A stretch of DNA of 44,592 nucleotides from Escherichia phage BEK1-1, in sequence record MN158212.1; one strand, given 5' to 3'. Position numbers and translations under genes: made by a program. Below the pieces are notes generated by a model. It had not been told where the DNA came from. It made no database searches and worked only from the letters and a program-made list of their open reading frames with translations. Shown one piece after another: positions 1-8,591 of this stretch. The first letter of the stretch is position 1, and every line of letters begins with the position of its first letter.

Positions 1-40
1 GCTGTAAACCAAGCATTTAGTGTTATAGTTTTCTAACAAG

Positions 41-68
41 AAAGCCCCGAAAGGGGCTTTATCTTTTA
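41..68. terminator. hairpin plus T-run downstream of ssb
   Basis: AAAGCCCC-GAAA-GGGGCTTT followed by ATCTTTTATC on the plus strand. Confidence 0.5.
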
Positions 69-494
69 TCAGAATGGGATGTCGTCCTCGAAGTTCTGTT
101 GCTGCTGAAGTTGCTGTTGCCGCTGAGGTTGCTGTTGCTGTTGCTGCGGCTGTTGCTGCTTCTGCGGTGCTGAATCACCGCGCTGACTAAACTCAAGTCG
201 CGGATTGTTCATGTTAATGGTTACGTAAGTCTTACCATCTTTATCCCTAACATCTACAGCCAGGCTTTCAGCGCTAACACTAACAACTTTACCTTCTTGA
301 AATGCATCATTGTACCAATCTAACATAGATTCTTTAGCGAATAAGACGGCACGATAATTTGTGTACTGTGATTGACCATCTTTATCTTTGTATCGCTCAC
401 TCAAATCAACTGCGAACATTTTCCAGTTACCATTAGCGTTTACGCCTTCTTTGGTGAATGGAGCGCGGCGAATGTGACCAGTAATTACGTGCAT
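69..494 (-). CDS. ssb: single-stranded DNA-binding protein
   Basis: 141 aa; OB-fold-like N-terminal part, Gln-rich linker, C-terminal acidic tip ...EDDIPF as in bacterial SSB (DDDIPF); RBS-like GAGAGA upstream. Confidence 0.85.
   Translation of the reverse strand: MHVITGHIRRAPFTKEGVNANGNWKMFAVDLSERYKDKDGQSQYTNYRAVLFAKESMLDWYNDAFQEGKVVSVSAESLAVDVRDKDGKTYVTINMNNPRLEFSQRGDSAPQKQQQPQQQQQQPQRQQQLQQQQNFEDDIPF
94..166 (-). repeat. imperfect CTG/TTG-rich (coding-strand CAG/CAA) simple repeat encoding the poly-Gln linker of SSB
   Basis: Direct reading: gctgttgctgttgctgcggctgttgctgcttctg; translates to QQQPQQQQQQPQRQQQLQQQQ. Confidence 0.8.
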
Positions 495-535
495 GTTTTT
501 ATCTCTCTATTGTTGGGGCCGAAGCATCTCTTAAA

Positions 536-1186
536 TTAGAATGTGTCGATTTGTCTTGATTCTACTTCAATCTTTTCTTCAGGACTACTTTTTTCTGCAA
601 CTTTCTTTGGTGTTGCTGGGTTGAAGCCATTCGCTGCATTTGCTTCAATCTCTGCCTTTCGCTCTATGATGTGGGGTTCGAAAACCTTCCATCCTGCTGC
701 ATCAAGTGACTGCTTAGCCTCCTTCCAGACATTGCGAAGCTCATCAAGAGTATTGCATTTCTCTAGCTCTCGCTTAAAGTCCTTAACACCTTTCGCTGCC
801 AGATTACCATCATCATCTGCCTGGCTAAGTCCTAACGCCGCTGTGATTCCGTAACGTCGAGCGTATGTTAAAGCTGAGCCGTAACCTTGTGCATCATTCT
901 TACTGATTGGTACGATCATCAAGAAGCTAACCCACTCTCCAGATTCAGCATGAAACAGTTTTGTCTCAACCTTCATGCGATTGGTTTGTTCATCATCAAG
1001 TACACTCTGGAACATAACAATCCCACACTCATCTAAACCAGGCTCAACGGCCGCCAAAACGTCTTCTAGGGTAGCGTACTTGTTCTTTAAGTGTGAGTTC
1101 TGCTTAGACTTTTCAGCCTTCGCAAATAGCGATTTGGCAGTGTGCAGCGCGTTTAAAATTGATTTGCATGATTCTGAAATTTGCAT
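536..1186 (-). CDS. ERF-family single-strand annealing protein (probable)
   Basis: Track ORF 536..1228; start moved to internal ATG (MQISESC...) preceded by GAGG, since the upstream codons overlap the promoter -10; motif GSALTYARRYGI; lies between ssb and the exonuclease. Confidence 0.5.
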   Translation of the reverse strand: MQISESCKSILNALHTAKSLFAKAEKSKQNSHLKNKYATLEDVLAAVEPGLDECGIVMFQSVLDDEQTNRMKVETKLFHAESGEWVSFLMIVPISKNDAQGYGSALTYARRYGITAALGLSQADDDGNLAAKGVKDFKRELEKCNTLDELRNVWKEAKQSLDAAGWKVFEPHIIERKAEIEANAANGFNPATPKKVAEKSSPEEKIEVESRQIDTF

Positions 1187-1262
1187 ATTTAACCTCGTTC
1201 GTCGTTGATGGGGGTAATCATACTCCACCTTTTAATTTTTTATTTAGCAATTTGTGCTATTT
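1187..1262 (-). promoter_or_regulatory. box promoter (AAATAGCACAAATTGCTAAA, 20 nt, TATGAT, leader ACCCCCATC...) upstream of the annealase gene
   Basis: Direct reading of the reverse complement; same architecture as the other copies. Confidence 0.5.
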
Positions 1263-2226
1263 AAATTTCTTTATACTTCCTCATATCCCACTCAGGAACA
1301 TCTAAGTCGATCTCTGTTGCGCCCATTGCATACCCTGGCCACACGTCATTCTCTTTACACTTCTTGTAAGTGGCAAGCGCCTCTAGATACATTCTGCGGC
1401 CAACCTTCAGTTGCTCTTCTGTAATATTGTAAAGCATTGGTAGGTAAGGCTCCTCTTTCTCGATTGCAAGTAGCCTTACTTTTGTTTTTCTTTTTTCATT
1501 AAAAGCCCTAACAAAAACATCGTGCTGTAGCGCCATTTTTGCAAGATAACCATGCTTGAATGCAAGCCTCCCAAACTCATGAGGTGATGCGCTGGCTGTC
1601 GTCTTCAGGTCGGTAATGCATACCATACCATCAACAACATCGACATGGTCAATTCGGATCTTAACGCCAACGCCAAGAATCTCACCGAAGATAGATAATT
1701 CCTTCTGCGCCGTCTCGCTATTAACGATTGCATTATATGCAGGAATATTGCAAAGAACCTCACGCATCGCGACAACTTTGTCATAGTCTGCTGCGCTAAC
1801 TAGCTCCTTGCCCTCTACAAGAGCCTGTGCGCTCTCCTGCTGCTCAATTAGCCATTTAACAGGCCAATCCTCACCAGATCGATACATCATCTCTACGAGC
1901 TCGCTATAACCCTTCCCGGAAGTGCCAGCCACGCCAACTTTTTTAAGTGCTGAAGCTAAACCTGCCTGGCTTGTAATTAAGCCTTCAATCGCGTCAAGGT
2001 CTGTAGCTCGAAGGTATTCTTTATCGAATACATCTTGCTCCAAAATCATCGTGTGGCTTAGTGTGCCGAACTTAAGCGCCTTGCTATCATTATTTCGCTG
2101 CTTAAATTTCCACTTCGCTGGTGATCCTTGGATAATCTCGACAAGTGAAGAGCCTGAGATGTGGTCAGTTTCAGCGTGGTAAGCCTCGTTGCTTAGTTCT
2201 TCTCGTGTGTAAACTCTGAAAGTCAT
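1261..2226 (-). CDS. PD-(D/E)XK family recombination exonuclease (YqaJ/RecE-like)
   Basis: 321 aa; ...IDHVDVVDGMVCITDLKTT... fits D...(D/E)xK; synteny with annealase and SSB. Confidence 0.55.
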   Translation of the reverse strand: MTFRVYTREELSNEAYHAETDHISGSSLVEIIQGSPAKWKFKQRNNDSKALKFGTLSHTMILEQDVFDKEYLRATDLDAIEGLITSQAGLASALKKVGVAGTSGKGYSELVEMMYRSGEDWPVKWLIEQQESAQALVEGKELVSAADYDKVVAMREVLCNIPAYNAIVNSETAQKELSIFGEILGVGVKIRIDHVDVVDGMVCITDLKTTASASPHEFGRLAFKHGYLAKMALQHDVFVRAFNEKRKTKVRLLAIEKEEPYLPMLYNITEEQLKVGRRMYLEALATYKKCKENDVWPGYAMGATEIDLDVPEWDMRKYKEI

Positions 2227-2420
2227 TTTATCTTAACCTCTACGTTTCTAAGTGATACATCTACAGGTATTTCACTGCATCCCATAATAGCTTTTGATAT
2301 GCCAGAGCATGTTGTTGTTATGTTTATCTCTCTTCCAGTTTCAAATTTTATCCTTATTCTTACCTCTGGATCTGATTCGTCGTTGTATGGTGACTTATTT
2401 ATGTCTATAAAAGCCTTCAT
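2223..2420 (-). CDS. hypothetical protein (65 aa)
   Basis: ORF overlapping the exonuclease start by 4 nt (coupled arrangement). Confidence 0.3.
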   Translation of the reverse strand: MKAFIDINKSPYNDESDPEVRIRIKFETGREINITTTCSGISKAIMGCSEIPVDVSLRNVEVKIK

Positions 2421-2424
2421 ATTT

Positions 2425-2823
2425 TTACTCCTTAACCTTAACTACTTTAACAGACTTCAAATCTTCTTCAGTGAAGTATCCGCTCAGTACATCCCTAGCT
2501 TCCTCTTTAGTCTCGAATCTGTCAGCCTCGCTCTTATTCGTGGTGTATCCAGCTGGGCCACCAAAATAGCAGTCGCCGAACAGTGCGTTGTTTTTCTCTT
2601 TGATAATGTAGTAGGTCATTTCTGCATCTCTCTGGTTGTTTGCTTTGGATGAGGTAACTATATATTCGCAAGTACAGCCAGTCCAATTGGTTTCGCCAAT
2701 CGTTGATTCAAACTTACGCGTGAATATTTGTAATTCTGTGTAGGCATTGGCACTAGTTACGTTTCTTGGCATCTCATCCCAGATATAGCTCAATGTAACC
2801 ATCGTGTATATCGTGTATATCAT
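2425..2823 (-). CDS. hypothetical protein (132 aa; start uncertain)
   Basis: First gene leftward of divergent control region A; no recognisable motif. Confidence 0.35.
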   Translation of the reverse strand: MIYTIYTMVTLSYIWDEMPRNVTSANAYTELQIFTRKFESTIGETNWTGCTCEYIVTSSKANNQRDAEMTYYIIKEKNNALFGDCYFGGPAGYTTNKSEADRFETKEEARDVLSGYFTEEDLKSVKVVKVKE

Positions 2824-2927
2824 TTATTGCTGATGGTGCATTGGTATAGCTGCCGTGCAATACTGTATAAATCCACATGATACTAAAATTATAACCGGAA
2901 CACTCCAGAACAGTAGTTACATGATAT

Positions 2928-2985
2928 ACACAGTAATATATATAATAATAATAATAATATTAAAAGGTTGATATATATAGATATT
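2928..2985. repeat. AT-rich element copy 1: ACACAGTA-(ATA)n-TAAAAGGTTGATATATATAGATATT
   Basis: Near-identical copy at about 29732..29797 with a different number of ATA units; core TATCAACCTTTTA (minus strand) fits the IHF consensus WATCAANNNNTTR. Confidence 0.7.
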
Positions 2986-3104
2986 TTAATGTAACTATTG
3001 CGTAAATTGGCGTAACAGAGCGTATATCATTTTTCGCGGATGGGATTGCATACATCGAGTTACATCGGTTACGTGTAACTGTGATTTGTGGTGAAATTGG
3101 CGAT

Positions 3105-3150
3105 AAATAGCACTAATTGCTAAAGACAACTGACTATCTTTAGGTATATT
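3105..3150 (+). promoter_or_regulatory. box promoter (AAATAGCACTAATTGCTAAA, 20 nt, TATATT) upstream of the Rha-like gene
   Basis: Direct reading. Confidence 0.5.
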
Positions 3151-3222
3151 TAGGCGCATGGCGGCAATGGTGTTGTCTGATCTACCGATTTTCGGTAGAC
3201 ATAAATAACTGGAGAGAATGAA

Positions 3223-3870
3223 ATGAACATTGAAGTGTGCAAAGAACAATCAAAAACCATGATGAGCACAAAGGAAATCGCAGAGTTAACCGGCAAACGT
3301 CATGATCACGTCGTTCGCGACACAAAGGAAATGATCAATGAATTGTTACATTATAACGATGCCCCAGATTTGGGTCATGATGATTATCAACTACTTACAG
3401 ACAATCGAGGCTATACATCTGAGATTTTACTCAACAAGGAACTAACCGAAACGCTAATCACTGGCTACAGTGTCGTACTTCGCCACAAAGTAATCCGCAG
3501 GCTTCATGAACTTGAGGCTTTAGTTAAAAAACAAGCGGAAGTAATCAGCCAGATGGTAAGCATTGATGAGCTTAAAGAGGTTCGAATGATGCTTGGTGTG
3601 GCTAATGCGCAGAATGCACACCTGAGCCAGCGCATTGTTGCAGAGCAAAGAATAAATGAGATCTTACTCATGGATAAGAGTACCGATGAAAAACTAGACA
3701 TGCTGGCTTGTGAGGCTCGCCAGTGTTGGGTTAGTCGATCTGATGAGATGGAGGAAAGATTTAAGTATGAAGCCCAATGCTTCGCCCTTAAAGAAAAGAA
3801 TGATGCGCTGACCGGATTGATTGAGAATAATCTCGGCATTGACATCAAGCTGCTGCTGGAAAAGAAATAG
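3223..3870 (+). CDS. Rha-family phage regulatory protein (antirepressor-like)
   Basis: N-terminal ...STKEIAELTGKRHDHVVRDTKEM... resembles the Rha signature; C-terminal half coiled-coil-like; RBS GGAGAG. Confidence 0.5.
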   Translation: MNIEVCKEQSKTMMSTKEIAELTGKRHDHVVRDTKEMINELLHYNDAPDLGHDDYQLLTDNRGYTSEILLNKELTETLITGYSVVLRHKVIRRLHELEALVKKQAEVISQMVSIDELKEVRMMLGVANAQNAHLSQRIVAEQRINEILLMDKSTDEKLDMLACEARQCWVSRSDEMEERFKYEAQCFALKEKNDALTGLIENNLGIDIKLLLEKK

Positions 3871-3910
3871 CACTAATTGCTAAACACTGATCGCAAGGAT
3901 GCGATACTAT
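3865..3910 (+). promoter_or_regulatory. box promoter (AAATAGCACTAATTGCTAAA, 20 nt, TACTAT, leader ACTCCATCGAAACGAAA) upstream of cor
   Basis: Direct reading; the box overlaps the stop codon TAG of the preceding gene. Confidence 0.55.
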
Positions 3911-3945
3911 TACTCCATCGAAACGAAATTACTAAGGAATACAAA

Positions 3946-4176
3946 ATGAATAACTTCATCAAATCAGCAATCATCGCAGCAGCAGTAATCATGGCAGTTG
4001 GTTGTTCTTCTGGTCCTCGTCCTGATGGTTGGTGTGCAACGTCCTCAAACGGGGTGTGCGTAGCTAAGTGGAAAGGCGGTGTAGTTGTTCCTGCTGGTGA
4101 AATTGACATTCGATACGATGGAATTAAAGGCTCCAGTGGCTCCGTTCGTGATTATGGCTCTAAGGAGTGGAATTAA
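3946..4176 (+). CDS. cor: Cor-like superinfection-exclusion outer-membrane lipoprotein
   Basis: Internal ATG of track ORF 3877..4176; [22 protein letters not shown] = signal peptide plus lipobox; about 76 aa; position next to the tail-tip genes as in T1/phi80-type phages. Confidence 0.65.
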   Translation: MNNFIKSAIIAAAVIMAVGCSSGPRPDGWCATSSNGVCVAKWKGGVVVPAGEIDIRYDGIKGSSGSVRDYGSKEWN

Positions 4177-5111
4177 TGGCCCAAGGTATATACATAGATC
4201 TTAATGATGGAAGGAATCCAATGACAATTACCGCAGGGATGCGAGCCTTGAACTTTGCTGGAAACTTCAACGTTTCTAGTGGTGGATTTAGTAAGACGTT
4301 CTCAATCCAGGGAAATGAAGGGGCCTCAAGGTTCCTTATCCCTAACAATGGCGCTTATTCATTCGAGCTTGATAGGGGTGTTGAAATTTATTACATAAAT
4401 GGATTTTCATCAACGGCGTCAAGCGGGACTATATCAATTGGTTATGAGAATGGTTATTCTGACCGTATAACTCAATTCTCTGGTACTGTTGTTGAGGTGC
4501 TAAGGGCATCGACTGGACAAGGTATTTATGTTGCGAATAGTACTGATTTTACTTCGATAACCACCACTGACAGGTTGTTGGTGTGCAAGTTTGCCCAGAG
4601 GATATCTTTCACCAACACATACACACTTCCAATTTATGGGATACCATTTGGAAAGTGGAGCAACCCAGGCGTTTCAGTTGAATACAACGGTAGCAACCAA
4701 CTGATATGTACAAACATAAATACTGAAGATACTGGTGACACACCAGGAAGTGTCACTATGGATTTGATTATCTTCCAGATGGTCGCTCCAACCCCTGGTC
4801 CTGGACTTAACATATTTAATTCAAATGGTGCTTGTACGCTATCGACCGTAACTAGGCCATTGGTTGTTTCTGGATTCATAAATCTATCAGGTAGCAACCA
4901 GTACATTGGCGAATCTTACTTCCCAATACTCAGATGTGGATTTAACACAAGGGCAATACGAGCATATAAGGAGTTAAGAAACAAAGGAATTGTAATGAGC
5001 AATGGGTATGTTAGATCTGGCACGGGCTCAAGGATTGTCAGATACGAGATAGGAAATAGGCCTGACGTAACAATATCAACGCCACTTCCTTACCTTCCTG
5101 ATATGTATTAA
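4176..5111 (+). CDS. hypothetical Gly/Ser/Thr/Asn-rich protein (311 aa), possible fibre-like or exclusion protein
   Basis: ATG overlaps the cor stop (TAATG) with AAGGAG RBS; no signal peptide; ends at a bidirectional terminator. Confidence 0.4.
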   Translation: MAQGIYIDLNDGRNPMTITAGMRALNFAGNFNVSSGGFSKTFSIQGNEGASRFLIPNNGAYSFELDRGVEIYYINGFSSTASSGTISIGYENGYSDRITQFSGTVVEVLRASTGQGIYVANSTDFTSITTTDRLLVCKFAQRISFTNTYTLPIYGIPFGKWSNPGVSVEYNGSNQLICTNINTEDTGDTPGSVTMDLIIFQMVAPTPGPGLNIFNSNGACTLSTVTRPLVVSGFINLSGSNQYIGESYFPILRCGFNTRAIRAYKELRNKGIVMSNGYVRSGTGSRIVRYEIGNRPDVTISTPLPYLPDMY

Positions 5112-5115
5112 ATAT

Positions 5116-5141
5116 AAAGCCCCTTTCGGGGCTTTTGTTTT
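5116..5141. terminator. bidirectional intrinsic terminator between convergent genes
   Basis: GCCCC-TTTC-GGGGC with T-runs on both strands. Confidence 0.7.
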
Positions 5142-8100
5142 AGAAAGTACCTACTACAACTCTCCCTCCTCCAGGCAAGTTAACCGTGATTCCGTTTCCG
5201 TTAATCTGTACCGTATTGTTTGTTCCGTTAAAGGCGAATTCACCACTGTTGGCGTACAGTTTGCCGCGAATCTCAGCGTTACCAGACTTATCAATCCTCC
5301 ATCCTGTGCTTCCTGCCACGTAGTTGCTGGACTGAATAAAGTCACCAATCTTCGCGTTAGTAATTGAGCCATCTCCGATTACTGCGCTTTGGATGATTAC
5401 GTTTCCGTTCTCTACAACGAAGGGTAGTTGCCATTGACCGGAGCCAGAACCAATGCCATTACTGATTGCGAATCTGTTTGCGTCAAAAATAAACTGACTG
5501 CGAACATTATCACCAGTGCCAACTAGCTCCATGCTCATGCCGGATGAATAAGTCTGACCATTGTATTTCAGGCCAAGACTAATTCCGTACTGTACACCAG
5601 TTGACGTGGCATTAGAGAAAGCGTCTAACTTCTGGTTTAGAGCCGCCTCGTTTTCGCCAAGTCTTGCTGATAGAGCCGTGTCTGCTGTAGTCCTTGCTTC
5701 TGTCTCTGTGGCTAATGCAGTCTTAACTTCAGTAATCGATGCTACAACTTCATCATCTATCTGCGCTTTAAGGGCCGTTAGAGCCTCTACGCGTGCCTGA
5801 GTTTCATCGGCTATGAGATTCACCGCCTGAACATATTCAGCCTTACGTTTGCCGTTCTCCTTAGTCATGCGACGAACATCAGTGTCATTAGCCAATGCGT
5901 TCTCAAGAATTGACTCTGCCTGATTCTGAATATCCTGATTCTTTTGAATCGCATTCTGCTCCAGGTATTTGAATCCTTCAGAACCCTCAATATCAACCTT
6001 GATGTAATCATTGATAATGTTAGCGTCGTCAGTACTCATGCCTCTAGCAAAATAAGACCAATCAGAGGTATTTCCGATTCTGTCAATCAATCTTGCGCGA
6101 TACCAGATGACCTTACCTGGCTGAATTGGCGTATGCCAGTACTCATAGGCTGGATAAGGTAGTAAAGTCAGCGAGCTTGCGTTATCTGGATTGTAAGTAC
6201 CATCGCCATTATCAGGAACCTGCTGAAGCTCAGTGTAAGCAGTATCACCAGAGCCTTCAGGGAAACCCCACTTAACACGAATGCCGAATACCTCATCTGT
6301 TGATGCCGTGATAACAGTAGGCGCAGATGGGCGACCAATCTTGCCAGTTAGCGATACCGTTACAATGTCAGACCAGGAAGACACGTTTTCAGTATCTGAT
6401 ACGCTGCGAACCCTAACGTCATAGATTCCTGCGTAAATACCTTCGATATCAACCTCTGTGCTAGCTGTTCTGGGTACGTTAATCCAGTTGCCATTCTCTT
6501 TTCTCCACTGAACATTGTAGGTTTTAGCGTATGGAGCTTTATCCCATCCGATAACCATCGTCTCAACCGACAAGCCCTGAACAACCTTGCTATAACTTGA
6601 CACGGTCAAGTTTTCTGGTGGCGACAATCTGTCAGGCTCTACGATTGAAGTCGGGCGGTCAACAATGTTTACGCCATAATCAATCTCGTCATACTTGTTA
6701 GGGTCGTACTCCACTGCTGTAATCGTATACTGGAATGAATCCGATCCATCAGAATCTGCTTTTTGAATCCCGGTCACAACATATTGCTGAAGAGCAAGAT
6801 TGTCCTTATCAATTGCGAACACAGTATCAGGTTGAGCTACAAAGCTAAAAGCAGTATTCAGGTTGATGGTTCTACCGTCTTCCGAAATGCTGGCAATAGT
6901 TCTCGCTTCAGGGCTTCCGTCGGGTTTGTTCAGAAGAATTCTGTCACCTGGAGCTGCGTCAACTTTAAACTGGGTAAAAACCTGCAATCCCTGAACTGAT
7001 TCAATACGACCGGAAAGGTTTAACTGATAGTTACTAGACCATGCCGCGTCATTAACCGCAATGACCTCTCCAATCATCGGAATCATGCCCTCCAACCCAG
7101 TGGTGAAGCTGATAGTTTCGCTTCTCAGGTTGGTTTTCAGGAGCCATCTGCCGCGTCTGTTTGCTTCACTTCTCCGCGTACATCCAATTGCCGTAAGGTC
7201 GACTGGATTAAATCCGAATCTGCGAGTAGCTTCCAGTTCAAATACCGGCTCAACATCCTGCTGATAGTTGTTCTCCACATCATCAAACTGAACGTTCGCC
7301 GTAGTGTAAAGGCTCTTATCACTGGCAAAGGTGCGACTGAACAATCCGTTTACAACGTTATCATTCGTGAAGATGTAAGATGGGTTGCGAGGCTTATCAA
7401 CCACTATACCAATCTTTTCGCCATCATAGAAAGTCAGGCCACGGAAGATTGAGCAGATATCACGAATTAGCGTGTAGGCCTCAACCTTATTCTGTACAAC
7501 CATATCGCACAGGTAGCGCGGCTCCATTCCACCTTTTCCATCAGGAACCATCTGGTCGCAGAATTGCGCAGCCTCGTAAAGACCCCACTTATCAATCTCC
7601 ACGCCCAACTCTCGTTGATCAAGGCCATAGCGACGGTTTGTCACTAAGTCATAAAGAACCCAAGCTGGGTTATTTGACCATGCCATTTTGAACAGTCCAT
7701 TCCATGTTCCGCTGTAAGTTCTTGCTTCCGGGTCGTAGTTGGTTGGGACCTGAATCAGCTTCCAGCGCTTCTTGATAGAGATTGTCGGTATTCCGTTAGG
7801 GAAAAGGTCAGATCCAAACTCAACATAAACCAGAGCCGTAAGCGGATAGCGGAATTTAGCGTCAATTACTTCCTGATAGGTTGTAATCTGCATCCCGTTA
7901 ACCAATGTGCTACTTGTTGAATCCGCTGTAATCTTTCGGATGCGAACCAATGCGCTATCAAATTCAGCCGGAAGGTTCACTCGAATGCTGCGGTCGTAAC
8001 CTGTAGTTGTCTTTCCGTTGGCAACTCCTCGAGTATATTCCTGATAAGCGCCACCATTAACAGAAAGATCAATCGCATACTCGCAGGTTGTTCCGTTCAG

Positions 8101-8511
8101 GTCTCCATTGCTTTCTTGCTTAACCAGTCTAGGCCAATATAGCTTTACACGAATCGCTGATAGCTGAGTATTGTTAACCGCAATGATGTACGGGGTATCG
8201 TTTTTGATTTCCCTGGAGACCTGAACCTCTGAGTTTGCACCATCAAGGCCAGAGATATAGTCCTGATACTGCGTTCCAGGGCGAAACTCAGCCCGAACAC
8301 CTTCGTAGTTGTAGCTACCATCCTGGTTTTGCACCGGAACGTCAGCAAGGTATAAATCCTTCATTGAGAAGTTAGGGTCAACCTCACCATCAGCAACCGC
8401 CAAAAGAACCTTAACCTTGTTAAGTGAAATAAGGTTGTCTTCCTGCTCCACTGGTTGATGCGGCTTCTGACTACCACCCTTAGCACCATAAATCTTAATA
8501 TCTTCAGCCAT
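5140..8511 (-). CDS. tail tip / host-specificity protein (lambda gpJ-like)
   Basis: Track ORF 5140..8550, about 1120 aa from internal ATG (MAEDIKIYGAKGG...) with GAGG RBS; size and position after the I/K/L/M homologues. Confidence 0.8.
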   Translation of the reverse strand: MAEDIKIYGAKGGSQKPHQPVEQEDNLISLNKVKVLLAVADGEVDPNFSMKDLYLADVPVQNQDGSYNYEGVRAEFRPGTQYQDYISGLDGANSEVQVSREIKNDTPYIIAVNNTQLSAIRVKLYWPRLVKQESNGDLNGTTCEYAIDLSVNGGAYQEYTRGVANGKTTTGYDRSIRVNLPAEFDSALVRIRKITADSTSSTLVNGMQITTYQEVIDAKFRYPLTALVYVEFGSDLFPNGIPTISIKKRWKLIQVPTNYDPEARTYSGTWNGLFKMAWSNNPAWVLYDLVTNRRYGLDQRELGVEIDKWGLYEAAQFCDQMVPDGKGGMEPRYLCDMVVQNKVEAYTLIRDICSIFRGLTFYDGEKIGIVVDKPRNPSYIFTNDNVVNGLFSRTFASDKSLYTTANVQFDDVENNYQQDVEPVFELEATRRFGFNPVDLTAIGCTRRSEANRRGRWLLKTNLRSETISFTTGLEGMIPMIGEVIAVNDAAWSSNYQLNLSGRIESVQGLQVFTQFKVDAAPGDRILLNKPDGSPEARTIASISEDGRTINLNTAFSFVAQPDTVFAIDKDNLALQQYVVTGIQKADSDGSDSFQYTITAVEYDPNKYDEIDYGVNIVDRPTSIVEPDRLSPPENLTVSSYSKVVQGLSVETMVIGWDKAPYAKTYNVQWRKENGNWINVPRTASTEVDIEGIYAGIYDVRVRSVSDTENVSSWSDIVTVSLTGKIGRPSAPTVITASTDEVFGIRVKWGFPEGSGDTAYTELQQVPDNGDGTYNPDNASSLTLLPYPAYEYWHTPIQPGKVIWYRARLIDRIGNTSDWSYFARGMSTDDANIINDYIKVDIEGSEGFKYLEQNAIQKNQDIQNQAESILENALANDTDVRRMTKENGKRKAEYVQAVNLIADETQARVEALTALKAQIDDEVVASITEVKTALATETEARTTADTALSARLGENEAALNQKLDAFSNATSTGVQYGISLGLKYNGQTYSSGMSMELVGTGDNVRSQFIFDANRFAISNGIGSGSGQWQLPFVVENGNVIIQSAVIGDGSITNAKIGDFIQSSNYVAGSTGWRIDKSGNAEIRGKLYANSGEFAFNGTNNTVQINGNGITVNLPGGGRVVVGTF

Positions 8512-8557
8512 ATCACAAAGCCTCATGTTTGTTTTGATCATTTGTGCCATTCTACAC

Positions 8558-8584
8558 TAAATAAAAAACCCGCACTAGGCGGGT
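8558..8584 (-). terminator. intrinsic terminator-like hairpin between the I-like and J-like genes
   Basis: Minus strand ACCCGC-CTAGT-GCGGGT followed by TTTTTTATTT. Confidence 0.5.
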
Positions 8585-8591
8585 ATGATAT

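Noticed and set aside
543-1208. Plus-strand ORFs 543..854 and 975..1208 antisense to the annealase gene
   Set aside because: Ser/Ala/Leu-rich antisense shadows of a well-supported minus-strand gene, with no RBS.
3504-3848. Minus-strand ORF antisense to the Rha-like gene, and similar antisense ORFs inside the J-like, tape measure, capsid, portal, terminase and helicase genes
   Set aside because: All are embedded in the opposite strand of long, motif-supported genes and have low-complexity translations; typical shadow ORFs.
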